DNA from: Heteronotia binoei
Taxonomy: Eukaryota
NCBI RefSeq assembly: GCF_032191835.1
Contig: NC_083239.1
Location: 34,844,001-34,908,000 of the forward strand
Direction of reading: 5' to 3'
Length of the DNA: 64,000 nt
Under the pieces are notes generated by a model that was given only the letters and a program-made list of their open reading frames with translations, was not told the origin of the DNA and searched no databases. Below are positions 12,646 to 23,486 of this stretch, in pieces (the first letter of the stretch is position 1; every line of letters begins with the position of its first letter). A program made the position numbers and the translations under genes.

Positions 12646-13022
12646 CAGCTCCTAAACCTTTCTGAGAGTTCCACCACCTCCTTCCCACCTTGTCCACTGA
12701 ATAGTAGGTGCAGCTGCATAACAATCCGGGTTAAGCTCCACCACCTATTTTTCTACAAAAAGACCCCTGATATACTCCAACCCCCAAATTTAAAACTTGC
12801 ACTGAGAAATAAGAAAATCCACCAGATTTCAAACATCTGTGCAGCTCCTGAACTTTCTGAGAGTTCCACCTCCTCTTTCCCACCTTGTCCATTGAATAGT
12901 AGGTGCAGCTGCATAACAATCCGGGTTGAGCTCCACCACCTATTTTTCTACAAAATGACCATCCCCCAAATTCAAAACTTGGACTGAGAAATAAGAAAAT
13001 CCACCAGGTTTCAAATATCTGT
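12646..13022. repeat. ~190-bp tandem duplication (family A MITE end plus flank)
   Basis: Two adjacent copies of gcagctcct..ctacaaaa..gagaaataagaaaatccaccag..atctgt. Confidence 0.85.
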
Positions 13023-13074
13023 ACAGATGTTTGTACAGCCAGCTTGTAGAGCCTTTATGAGTGGTTCTTGCTTT

Positions 13075-14085
13075 TCAGAGCTCCGTCTGAGCAACATTGA
13101 CGTGGTATTCACCTTGAAGATATGAACTTGAGAACTGTCCAGCTCTTTTTCCTCTATTGTTATCTGTCAGACTTTGGCAGCAGGGCCAGCAACACCAGTG
13201 GGGTAGCAAAGTCTGCAGTTTGCGGCACATGCCAATCCAACAGTCAATAAAAGCTTGACGGACTGCCTGGGAGGAGAAGTAGAAGATGACAGGATCTATG
13301 GAGGCATTGAAGGTGCTGAAGAGGAAACCTTCCACTCTCCAGGGAGGGCCCTGTTTTTGTACGAAGCCCACGATGTGGGAAATGTTGAAGGGGCTGAAGC
13401 AGATGACAAAACTGATCAAAGTGGCCACGGCCAGGCCCATGGCTCGTTGCTTCTTGCGGACAGGGAAGCTGGGCAGGGAGTTCAGGATCTGAATAACTTT
13501 CACATAGCAGAAAAGAGTGATGATGAAAGGGAGGCAGAAGAAGACAAGACAGATTTCCAGTCGGATAGGGATGATCACATCAGGGGAGAAATTCTCATAG
13601 CAATGGGAGGTATTAGAAGAGCCTGGAAGGCTCCCGTTGGAAGCTTGGTATTTGGCAATGTAGATAATGCCGTAATGGGAGCAAACCAGCAGCCAGATAA
13701 AGACGCTGGCCGTGACTGCATAAATTGGCTTGCGCGTCAGCTTGTACTTGATAGGATGTCCAATGGACAGGTAGCGATCCACACTGACTGCTGTGAGGAA
13801 AAGGATACTGGTGTATACACTGCCATAGAGGAAGTAGCCAGTGAGTGGGCAGAGCAGAGGAGGAAGAGGCCAAATCGTGTCGGAGGTGACCTCCACCATC
13901 TTGAAGGGGAGAAAAAGGAGAAGGAGGATGTCAGAAATGGTCAGGTTGAACAAGAGGATGTCTATGGGAGTTGGCTTCTTGGACACTTTCAGCAGGAATA
14001 TGTAGAAGGCCAGGAGGTTGGAAGGGAGGCCAGTCAGGAGAATGAAGATGCAGGAAGTAAGCTCCACAGCCTTCAGAACCGTCAT
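13075..14085 (-). CDS. FFAR2: FFAR2-like short-chain fatty acid receptor (class A GPCR), 336 aa, intact, subfamily A
   Basis: Seven hydrophobic segments; GLPSN (TM1), NLTISD (TM2), DRY, CYENF in ECL2 (same as human FFAR2), IRLEIC (Arg5.39), NISH (His6.55), WR (Arg7.35), DPVIFY. One-to-one orthology versus FFAR3 not resolvable by eye. Confidence 0.93.
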   Translation of the reverse strand: MTVLKAVELTSCIFILLTGLPSNLLAFYIFLLKVSKKPTPIDILLFNLTISDILLLLFLPFKMVEVTSDTIWPLPPLLCPLTGYFLYGSVYTSILFLTAVSVDRYLSIGHPIKYKLTRKPIYAVTASVFIWLLVCSHYGIIYIAKYQASNGSLPGSSNTSHCYENFSPDVIIPIRLEICLVFFCLPFIITLFCYVKVIQILNSLPSFPVRKKQRAMGLAVATLISFVICFSPFNISHIVGFVQKQGPPWRVEGFLFSTFNASIDPVIFYFSSQAVRQAFIDCWIGMCRKLQTLLPHWCCWPCCQSLTDNNRGKRAGQFSSSYLQGEYHVNVAQTEL

Positions 14086-14134
14086 CTTAGCTTCTCTAAA
14101 GGAAGGAAGGGATGATAAGATATCAAAATATTAT

Positions 14135-14225
14135 CCTTGGCGATCACCCATCCAAGTTCTAACCAGGGTTGACCATGCTTAGCTTCTGAGACCTGATGAA
14201 ATCGGGCTGTACCGTGCTGCCTTCC
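14135..14225 (-). mobile_element. 5S rRNA-derived SINE head
   Basis: Reverse complement resembles 5S rRNA (gaagctaagcatggtcaaccctggttagaacttggatggg). Confidence 0.6.
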
Positions 14226-14335
14226 CTCCTAAAAGCACATTACAGAACATTTTTTAAAAAGAACTATCACTGCCAAGAAAGAAAAAGTAGGTTCTAACCA
14301 ATGTTGAGCACTTGAAAGACCCACTCAGTCCAATA

Positions 14336-14607
14336 GAAGAAGAAGAATTGCAAATTTATACCCCGTCCTTCTCTCTGAATCAGAGACTCAGAGCAGCTCA
14401 CAATCGCCTATATCTTCTCCACTCACAACAGACACCCTGTGAGGTGGTTAGGGCTGAGACAGCTCTCCTAGAAGCTGCCATTTCAAGGACAACCTCTGCT
14501 AGAGCTATGGCTAACCCAAGGTCATTCCGGCAGGTGCAAGTGGAGGAGTGGGGAATCAAACCTGGTTCTCCCAGATAAGAGTCCACGCACTTAACCACTA
14601 CACCAAA
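14336..14607 (-). mobile_element. tRNA-derived SINE with (TCT)n tail
   Basis: Head tttggtgtagtggttaag..ggtttgattcccc; homologous copies at 38385-38674 and 57745-58125. Confidence 0.8.
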
Positions 14608-15222
14608 GAGTTCTGCACATGACCAGACTATAAAAATGTAAGAGCACAAGAATTGCCCTGATAGATCAGACCAATGGTCCACTTAGTCCAGCATCCTGTC
14701 TCACAAGGTGACCATCCAGTTGCTATGGAGGGCCAACAACTGGGTATGGAGGCCAAAAAGAAACTCAGCTTAGCCAGCAACATGTTTAATAATGTTGCAG
14801 TTTGCAAATGGGCTTCTGCTGGAGAAAGCAGGCCCCAAGGGAACACATATGTTCTAAGTGCAGAGATAAACAGATCTAGGGGAGTCAGCTAAGACCATCT
14901 GGGTAAACAACTCCAGAAGAATGTAGCAGGCACTTGAAATGTATGTGGCAGTCTGGAGTGGAAACTTACTCTTAAGTTTTGGTTCTGGCTACAGCTATAG
15001 CTTTTGCTCATGAACAAGGCTATGTAACCTAAGAGTATAATTCAAAGGAACACTCTGGAAGGGTATGATTTTCTCTTTGCAGATTCATTTCTGTGGTCCC
15101 CATTTGCCTGGCAAATAAATCTTTAAGGTTGCTACCCAGTTGTCTGCCTGTTTTGGACCTATGGTTAGACTAGAAATCTAGTGAATTCCACCACAACCTG
15201 CAGAAAGCAATATTCAGATGAC

Positions 15223-15363
15223 CAGGGCTGGCCCTAGACTGTCTGGCACCCTAGGCAAGGCTATGTTCTGGCACCCCTCCTCTGAGTCACATGGGGGCAC
15301 CCAATTCAGAAGGCTGGCGCCCTAGGCAATTGCCTAATTTGCCTAGTGGTAGGGCCAGCCCTG
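15223..15363. mobile_element. hAT-type MITE (family E, short)
   Basis: CAGGGCTGGCCCTA terminal inverted repeats; perfect TSD CAGATGAC. Confidence 0.88.
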
Positions 15364-15529
15364 CAGATGACATCTATTGTGGTGGAGCATAGGGAAAGAG
15401 ATGGTCCTGCAGATAAGATGGGCACAGCCTTGGAGGCTTTGTATGTTAGCCAATACTTTGAATGGAGTCTGGTAACTGATGGACAGCCAATAGAATGACC
15501 GAGAACAAGAGTAATATGCATGCTCCTCC

Positions 15530-16254
15530 CAGGGCCAGCTCGCCGACTAGGCAAACTAGGTGTTTGCCTAGAGCGCTGGGAGGGTGGGTGCGCCAAATTG
15601 GGCTCCCTACCCCCTCCTGGTGCCCCAGGCAAGCACCCAGTTTGCCTGCCTCCTCTGGCCACTCCTGCCGCCCGCCACGGCTGCTGCCTTGCCCGCCCCT
15701 TCCCTTCACTTTGCCCCCACCACCGCCCCTCCTTTCCCTTCCCTTCCCTGCCCCGTCACCATGATCACAGTGGGCGGTGAGGCGATGGCTGTACCCCCTT
15801 CCCTCCCCCCTTCCCTTCCCTTTTGTGCCCCGCCACTGTGATCACAGCGGGCGGCGAGGCAGCAGCGGCACCCCCTTCCCGTCCCTTCGCTTCTTGCCCC
15901 CCCCCCCACTCACAGCCTGATGCTGGTGAAACTTATCTTTAGAACGACCGGGCTGAAATGAAGGCTTGGCTCCCCCCTCCCTTCCGGTTCCAGAAAGGAG
16001 GGGGAGCCAACCAAGCCTTCATTTCAGCCCGTTCGTTCTAAAGATAAGTTTTATCCGCGTTGGGCTGTGAATGCTTGGGGGGGGGGGAAGGGATGGGAAA
16101 GGGGTGTGCCGCTGTCTTGCCGCAGTGGGGGGTTGCAATGGGGGGTGGTGGAAGGCGACGGTGGGAGGCACCTTTTGGCGGCACTGGCAGGGGGCAGCGG
16201 GGGGGGGGCAGAGGGTGCCTGCCTAGGGCACCACAATTCCATGGACCGGCCCTG
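15530..16254. mobile_element. GC-rich hAT-type MITE (family E, long) with internal hairpin
   Basis: CAGGGCC...GGCCCTG ends; TSD gctcctcc/ggtcctcc. Confidence 0.8.
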
Positions 16255-17834
16255 GGTCCTCCTAGGCCTTGATAATAACAAAGCTCTGGTATTCCACACT
16301 AACTACAACTTGCTTATGTAAAGTGCATTACAGTAGTCTAGTCTCAACGCCACCATGATGTGGATCCCCTCCACACAATTAAAGTTTAAAACTGAAATCT
16401 GGCAAAGAACCCTCAAATTCCGTCTTCGACTTGTGAATTTTTTCCAGATGTCAAATGTGTGCAAAATTTCATCAGACCATGATGAACATGGCATTAAGAC
16501 TGTTAACTTGTTTCATGAGACTTCACATCGAGAATGTTAGCTCATTCTGACAAATTTCCACCAACAGAGACTCTATATATTATATACTAACAGATTTTGC
16601 AACCAACCTATCTATGGCTACACCCACTCACGGCTGGATAACAAAAAAACTATAAGCAATTGTTTGAAACTGAATTTTCCAATGCAGACAAGTCAGTTGA
16701 GCATCAAACCATTGCTATAGTACAAAACTCCCATGTGCCTCAAGATTTATCTGCCTGCCTTTCTAAATATTAACGCCGGAAGATTTTCTCATCTTACGTG
16801 CGTTCTAGATCGACAGCCGCTCCATTCAGTCTCCCAGGAAAAGTACAACCAAAGCCTTCTGAGGGTGACCCAGCCAAAGGTCTCCTTTCTGCCTTCCGAA
16901 AGCAGTCAGCTGAGTCTGATCAAATGCATTATAAAAATACTGTGCAGTGCAGGGAACACAGTGGGCTGCTCTGTGATATTAGGAGGAAGCAAGCCACCCA
17001 AGAAAACTTAAAAAGAGGCAATGGACTTTGGGAAAGACTATCAGCGATCACCGCTTTATGGAGAAACTGCTGGAGTGGTCAAGAGGGACTTACGGTACTT
17101 TGAATGACTTTTTTTACAAGCATGTTTTTTTCACCGTGCCTTTTCAGAACTTCAAAAATATATCAGATCTTTGCATTTGCAGGTCCCAGCGGATGCTGGC
17201 CAGCATCACCGATGATGACCGCTTGCTAATTTTGGCAGATGGAGCTGGCTCAGCAAGCAGGGGCTGCTTGAAAAAAAACCCAGCACCTTACCAAAGCCAC
17301 AGTCAGGAAGTGATGTGTCCAGCGACTCTGACAGCTCTCCCACCTCCCTGGTCTCTTCTGCAGCTCCAGGAGAGCAGACCAAAACCAGAAGGTTACAGTT
17401 ATCCAAAGGTATTTCATACACTTTACTGAGACCACATTCTGAGCTTAACAAAAGTGCAGCCAGCCAGCCTGATGAAGAAGCAATCATGGGGCATGACCCA
17501 TTGCTAAACAAAACACTACACTGCTATTAAAACAGATTGCTCTGTAAAAATATTTGGACGCCTGTGGCAATCTGGGCCAATTTTCAGAAATCCATGAACT
17601 CTGGTGTACAAAATGATGAGATGACAAGATAAAGGCAGCCTGAGATTGCCGCTTTCTAAGTGCTTGACCACTTCCCCATTTTTGTAGTTCCAGAAAAGCA
17701 AAGTACAGCAAACTGGTGGCATTAAGGAGTCTCTGCTGCTTCACAAGAATGGCTGGTGGGATGGTTAGTGGCTAAGATGGTTTATAGGACTGTTTCCCCC
17801 TCCACCACCACCATGGTTTAGATCCTACCAGCTT

Positions 17835-18280
17835 TCCACAGAGTTGCCAGGTCCCACTCAGGAAATATCTGGAGACTTTGGAGGTGGAGCCAGGAGGCTT
17901 TGGGGGGTGATGGAGCCAGGTTGTGGCAAGCACTATTGAACTCTGAAGGGAGTTCTGGCCATCATATTTAAAGGGACCACACTTCTTTTTAAATGCCTTC
18001 CGTTCATTGAAAATAATGAAGGATGGGGCACCTTCTTTCGGGTTTCATAGAACTGGACCCCACTGAAACTTGTTTTGTGTGTGTGTGAAGAGGCATTAAA
18101 TGCTATACTGAAAATCTGGTGTCTCTACCTCAAAAAACAGCCCCTCCCCCCAAGCCCCAGATATCCACAGATCAATTCTGCATTATACTCTTTGGGAACT
18201 GGTCTCCATAGGATATAATGGAGTGCCTACTGGGCATTCAATCCCCGCACTTTCTGATAACCCTGAAGCAGGGTTTTTTT
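17835..18280 (+). mobile_element. hAT-type MITE (family B, older copy)
   Basis: Homologous to 4802-5573 with more substitutions. Confidence 0.75.
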
Positions 18281-19039
18281 GGCGTTCCATTCTGTATAGA
18301 TATTTGTATGAGACTGTATTTCTATGAGATTGCTTTAGTAAGATTCTTTATATATTTTCAAGTGGAATGACAAAACATTATATTTGTTAAAATCTTTATT
18401 GGAGGCTGGTTTATCATGGAAACCTTTGGTTTTTGTATCTTCCCAACTGGAGATTAGCAACCCTATTTCCACAAGTACAAGAGGGAAGCCCAGTGATCTT
18501 GATCAGTTCCCTTCCTGTCTCCCCACTCATCTCACATGGGTTTTGTTCATGTGATTACATGAGCCTCAAGCACTTTTTTTTTTGGAGGGGGGGCGGAATG
18601 CAAGGAAAACTAATAGGATCCTGTGCACAAGAAGAGCAAAAGCATAAGATAAGCCATGTTGGATCAGACCAATGACCATCCAGTCCAACACTCTGTCATA
18701 CAGTAGCCAAAACAAAAACAGGTGCCATCAGGAGGTCCACCAGTGGGGCCAGGACACTAGAGGTTAAGGACCAGAGAATACAATATATAGATCTATTCTG
18801 CCTGCCTGCTCTGCCTTTTTTAAATTTCAGTGGGTTCTGGTTGGTGGTGACCTTCTTTACATTTTTAGGTGTCTAGGTCTTGGACTGTTTATTCCTGTTT
18901 TATTGTATTATTGTGCCATTAAAGGTTTGTTTGATTGATTGAAGTATTTGTGAGCCATAGGAAGTGTACTCAGCTCATGTCAACATGGACGATTAGATTT
19001 TCAATTCAGTGGTAAAGGTTTCATGCTGATTGTATGAAG

Positions 19040-19330
19040 ATGAATTTTGGAGCCAAGGACATTTTGCCTAGGGGAAATCAGGTAATATGCCAGCTTTTGA
19101 ATCATTGTAGACATTTGCTTCATGTTTGCTTTAGAACCAGAGTCCAGAGTTGTTTCAAATGGGTGCAGAATTTCATTTCAGCTCAACTCTGCATGATACC
19201 AAATAGAAGGAAGAAGCTTTTCCCAAGAACCTCAGTGGGAGATGTTCATTTCCTACTAAATCCCTCTAAGGATCCTATGGGTGACTTTTATTTTAACACT
19301 TACCAATACATTTTTCAAAGGATGTAATTT
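19040..19330 (-). mobile_element. Degenerate L1-like ORF2 C-terminal fragment
   Basis: Translation resembles the squamate L1 ORF2 C-terminus (QKLAYYLISPRQ); many stops. Confidence 0.4.
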
Positions 19331-19436
19331 ATTAATTAATTCCAGAGTTATAGTATTTTGTCTAAAAACTTATGTGATAATTAGACTTCCTTGAATAAAT
19401 AAATAAATAAATCCCAGAAGCAATTTCAGATCTTAC

Positions 19437-19530
19437 TTGTATCCTAGTTTGGCGGGTCTCTACTCTGTCTTTAAGAATGGAAAGAATCACTGTGGATGGT
19501 AAGTCTACTTTGAGCCTTCCAAAAGCTGTT
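19437..19530 (-). other. Candidate non-coding 5' exon of the 13075-14085 gene
   Basis: Donor CAA|GTAAGAT (GT at 19436-19435); ctaggatacaa|gtaagatctgaaattgcttctggga matches the 20825 copy; predicted intron ~5.3 kb. 5' end approximate. Confidence 0.6.
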
Positions 19531-20754
19531 GGACAGATGTGTTCTAAGAAAGCCCTGAAGTGGCAATAACTGGTTGGGAAAATATTGGAGGCAGCTGAGA
19601 TGGACTACATACCCTCATAACTTGGCAAATTCAAAGAAGAAGCAAGAAAACGCTGAGAGCCATTATATGTTTGGACACTACAGGCTGAGTTTGTGAATGA
19701 AATTAGCGGATGTGAATTTTTACGGTGTATTATGCTATATTTTGAGAATATGATCCAATTTAGATAAATACAGCCATGAACTTACAATAGCTACTTGGAC
19801 TCTATTTTGAGTCTATTGGACTACTCTATGGTCTTGTTATTCGTAGTGATATATCAATATGCAGAATGTACGATCTTTATTTCTTTATCTTCTCTTCTTA
19901 TCTATATATCTTTCACTTTTATCCTATTTCTCTCCCCTCCCTTTTTATGGAATATTATAAAAAAACCTAAAACCTGGGGAAAAAAAGAAAAGAAAGAAAT
20001 CCCTGAAGCATCTATCTAGTATAGGAAGGCCACCAGCTTATATGGCATTTTGGAGGAAGTTGAGGAATCAGGAAGTTAGCCCATTAGAACTGTAAAAGAA
20101 GTCAGGGAAGTATTGCCAGCCGATACTCATGATATGCAACTTTTTTTAGAACAGTGGAAGGAAAGATTTCTTTAAAAATGATTTTAAAAATCAATTTCTT
20201 TAAAATGAAACAAAACCATGACCTATGGCCTTAAGATATATTATGTCTTCGACTTCTGAAGGAGTCTAATTCTATGAACATGGTGGAGAAAAGTTGTTTC
20301 CAAAACTAAGATAACAGGTGGACTGCCTATTGTCACTCTTGTCAGTTTCTGGAAAAGGGAACAATAAGGGGTTCACTGAATTATGCTTTTTTAAAAAAAA
20401 TGTGTACCTTTTTCTATTCTGAGTGGAATACTTGCTTCCTGCTTCCTCTATAACATCACATAAACCTACTTTCCTTCCTGTACTGAATGGAGACTTCAGG
20501 GTTTTTGTGGTAAGTGTGTGACTATGTCTATCCACAGGTATTTGGAAGAAACAAAATAAACTCATAGATGGATTTACTCACAAGCTAATGAAGCAAGAGT
20601 TTAGGGTTTCAGATTATGAGGGAGGACTTTAAATCGAAAAAAAAATACAAAAATATTAAATTCCCATTTTTGGGGGGGAGAGGGTCAATATTGTGGGTCT
20701 CATAAGTACAACGCAGCCTAGTTCCTCATCATGTCTTGATCTGGCCCTGTGTGC

Positions 20755-20825
20755 CTTATCTATTGAATCATCTGTAGCAGACCCCTCTTGGAGAGCGAGT
20801 GGAGAGTGAGCCATCTAGGATACAG
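20755..20825 (+). other. Candidate non-coding 5' exon of the 27446-28066 gene
   Basis: Donor CAG|GTGAGAT at 20826; ctaggatacag|gtgagattagaagttgcttttggaa is homologous to the minus-strand 19437 and 1087 exons; same strand as the downstream coding exon. Confidence 0.6.
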
Positions 20826-21357
20826 GTGAGATTAGAAGTTGCTTTTGGAAGGAATATTCTTTCAAAGTATTTATTTCAAAATGTTTTCAGTGACAGATTA
20901 AAAGAAAGTGTCAACACCAGGTCCGCCTTTCTCCAATAAAGGGAAAGGTGAAGAGCCTCCAAAATGTTTGAACTGATATTCTTGAGAAGAGGTATAGTCT
21001 TTCGTTTTTGCATCAGGGCTTTTTTTGAGCAGGAATGCACAGGAACTCAGTTCTGACTGGCTTGGTATCAGGCAGTGTGCTCTAATACGCAAATGAGTTT
21101 CTGCTGGGCTTTTTGTGTAAAACAATGGTGATGTTAGGGGATGTAGCCTGATATGCATATGAGTTCCTGCTGGGCTTTTTCTATACAAAAAGTCCTGGCA
21201 TCATGTATGGTTAAGTTCAAATGAAACTTTGCTCACATTTGAAATTGGGCAGCATCGCACCACTGGAAGGGAGAATTTCAGCGCTTTTTGAGCTTTCACT
21301 TTTGAAATTTGACTGAATGGGAGGAACTTTACAAAGAACTTCAGTTATAACTTTTTA

Positions 21358-21486
21358 TGGTGTGGTTTGCCATTGTCTTCCCCAGTCGTCTATACTTTAC
21401 CCCCAGCAAGCTGGGTAATCATTTTACCAACCTCAGAAGAGTGGAAAGGCTGAGTCAACCTTGAGTCAGCTACCTGAACCCAGCTT
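21358..21486 (-). mobile_element. Sauria-type SINE, 3' half (split by CR1)
   Basis: Reverse complement aagctgggttcaggtagc..gttgactcagcc..aatggcaaaccac. Confidence 0.75.
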
Positions 21487-23406
21487 ACGAACATAAGATC
21501 AGGCCAACGGCCCATCCAGTCCAACACTCTGTGTCACACAGTGGCCAAAAAACCCAAGTGCCATCAGGAGGTCCACCAGTGGGGCCAGGACACTAGAAGC
21601 CCTCCCACTGTGCCCCCCAAGCACCAAGAATACAGAGCATCACTGCCCCAGACAGAGAGTTCCAACAATATGCTGTGATAAATAGCCACTGATGGACACC
21701 TGCTCCATATGCTTATCCAATCTCCTCTTGAAGCTGTCTATGCTTGCAGCTGCCACCACCTCCTGTGGCAGTGAATTCCATGTGTGAATCACCCTTTGGG
21801 TGAAGAAGTACTTCCTTTTATCAGTTTTAACCTGACTGCTCAGCATTTTCATTGAATGTCTACAAGTTGTCATGTTGTGAGAAAGGGAGAAAAGTACTTC
21901 TTTCTCTACCTTCTCTATCCCATGCATAATCTTGTAAACCTCTCTCATGTCACCCCGCAGTTAAAGTTTCTCCAAGCCAAAGAGCCCCAAGCGTTTTAAC
22001 CTTTCTTCATAGGGAAAGTGTTCCAACCCTTTAATCATTCTAATTGCCCTTTTCAGCACTTTTTTCAATGCTATAATATCTTTTTTGAGGTGCAGTGACC
22101 AGAATTGTACACAGTATTCCAAATGAGACCGCACCATCAATTTATACAGGGGCATTATGATACTGGCTGATTTGTTTTCAATTTCCTTCCTAATAATTCC
22201 CAGCATGGCGTTGGCCTTTTTTATTGCAATCGCACACTGCCTTGACATTTTCAGTGAATTACCTACCACGATCCCAAGAACTCTCTCTTGGTCAGTCTCC
22301 GCCAGTTGACACCCCATCAACTTGTATTTATAGTTAGGATTTTTGGCCCCAATGTGCATTACTTTGCACTTGGCCACATTGAACCTCATTTGCCATGTGG
22401 ACGCCCACTCGCCCAGCCTCAACAGATCCCTTTAGAGTGCCTCACAATCCTCTCTGGTTCTCTCCACCCTGAACAATTTAGTGTCATCTGCAAACTTAGA
22501 CACTTCACTGCTTACTCCCAACTCCAAATCATTAATGAGCAAGTTAAAAAGCATCGAAACCAGTGTTGAGCCCTGTGGCACCTCACTGCTTACCATCCTA
22601 TGCTGAGAAAATTGCCCATTTATACTCACTCTCTGTTTCCTATTAATTAGCCAGTTTTTGAGCCACAAGAGGACCTGTCCTTTTACTCCATGAATCTCGA
22701 TGAGGAACAATCAAAAGCTTTCTGGAAGTCAAGGTAAACAACATCTATTGGGTCCCCCTTGTCCACATGTTTGTTCATCCCCTCAAAGAACTCTAGCAGA
22801 TTAGTGAGACAACATCTTCCCTTACAGAACCCATGCTGAGTCTTCCTCAATAACTTTTGTTTATCAATGTGCCTACCAATTCTCTCTTTGATAATGGTTT
22901 CCACCAAATTTCCCAGTATTGAAGTCAGACTGACTGGCCTGTAATTTCCTGGATCTCCTCTGGAACCCTTTTTAAAGATGGGGATGACATTTGCTACCTT
23001 CCAGTCCTCAGGAACAGAGGCAGATTTCAATGAAAGATTACATATTTTTGTTGGGAGATCCACAAGTTCACATTGGAGTTCTTTCAGAACTCTTGGATGT
23101 ATCCCAACCAAATTACCAGTTTTTAATTTGTCTACCAGTTGTAGGACCTCCTGACTATGGTCTTTCAACACCCCTCCCAAAATTAGCAGTTCTGGAGTGG
23201 ACAAACACTTTTCATCTTCCACAGTGAAGATGAAGGCAAAAAATGCATTCAGCTTCTCAGTCATTTCCCTATCCTCCTTCATAATCCTTTTACCCCTTGG
23301 TCATCCAAGGGCCCCATTGCCTCCCTGGCTGGTTTCCTGCTTCTAATGTATTTGAAGACATTTTTATTGTTGGTCTTTATGTTTTTTTGCAATTCGCTCC
23401 TCATAG
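21487..23406 (-). mobile_element. CR1 LINE, 5'-truncated (~1.9 kb), degenerate RT
   Basis: Broken RT ORFs 22683-23282, 22432-22710 (VPQGS, FADDTKL), 21961-22422 and 21640-21948. Confidence 0.93.
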
Positions 23407-23486
23407 TCCGCCAGGATCGAACTCAGCTTGTGAGCAGAGCTTGGACTGCAGTACTGCAGCTTACCCACTCTGCACCATGGGGCTCT
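23407..23486 (-). mobile_element. Sauria-type SINE, tRNA-like 5' head (split by CR1)
   Basis: Reverse complement gagccccatggtgcagagtgggtaagctgcagtactgcagtccaagctctgctcac..gagttcgatcctggcgga. Confidence 0.75.

Noticed and set aside
13255-14115. 286-aa plus-strand ORF (and similar ORFs at 48403, 48777, 62151 and 62510)
   Set aside because: Antisense shadows of the GPCR coding sequences caused by codon bias.
15306-16321. CpG/GC-rich region as a CpG-island promoter, with many overlapping ORFs
   Set aside because: It falls within a TSD-bounded MITE; the same applies to 55399-56069.
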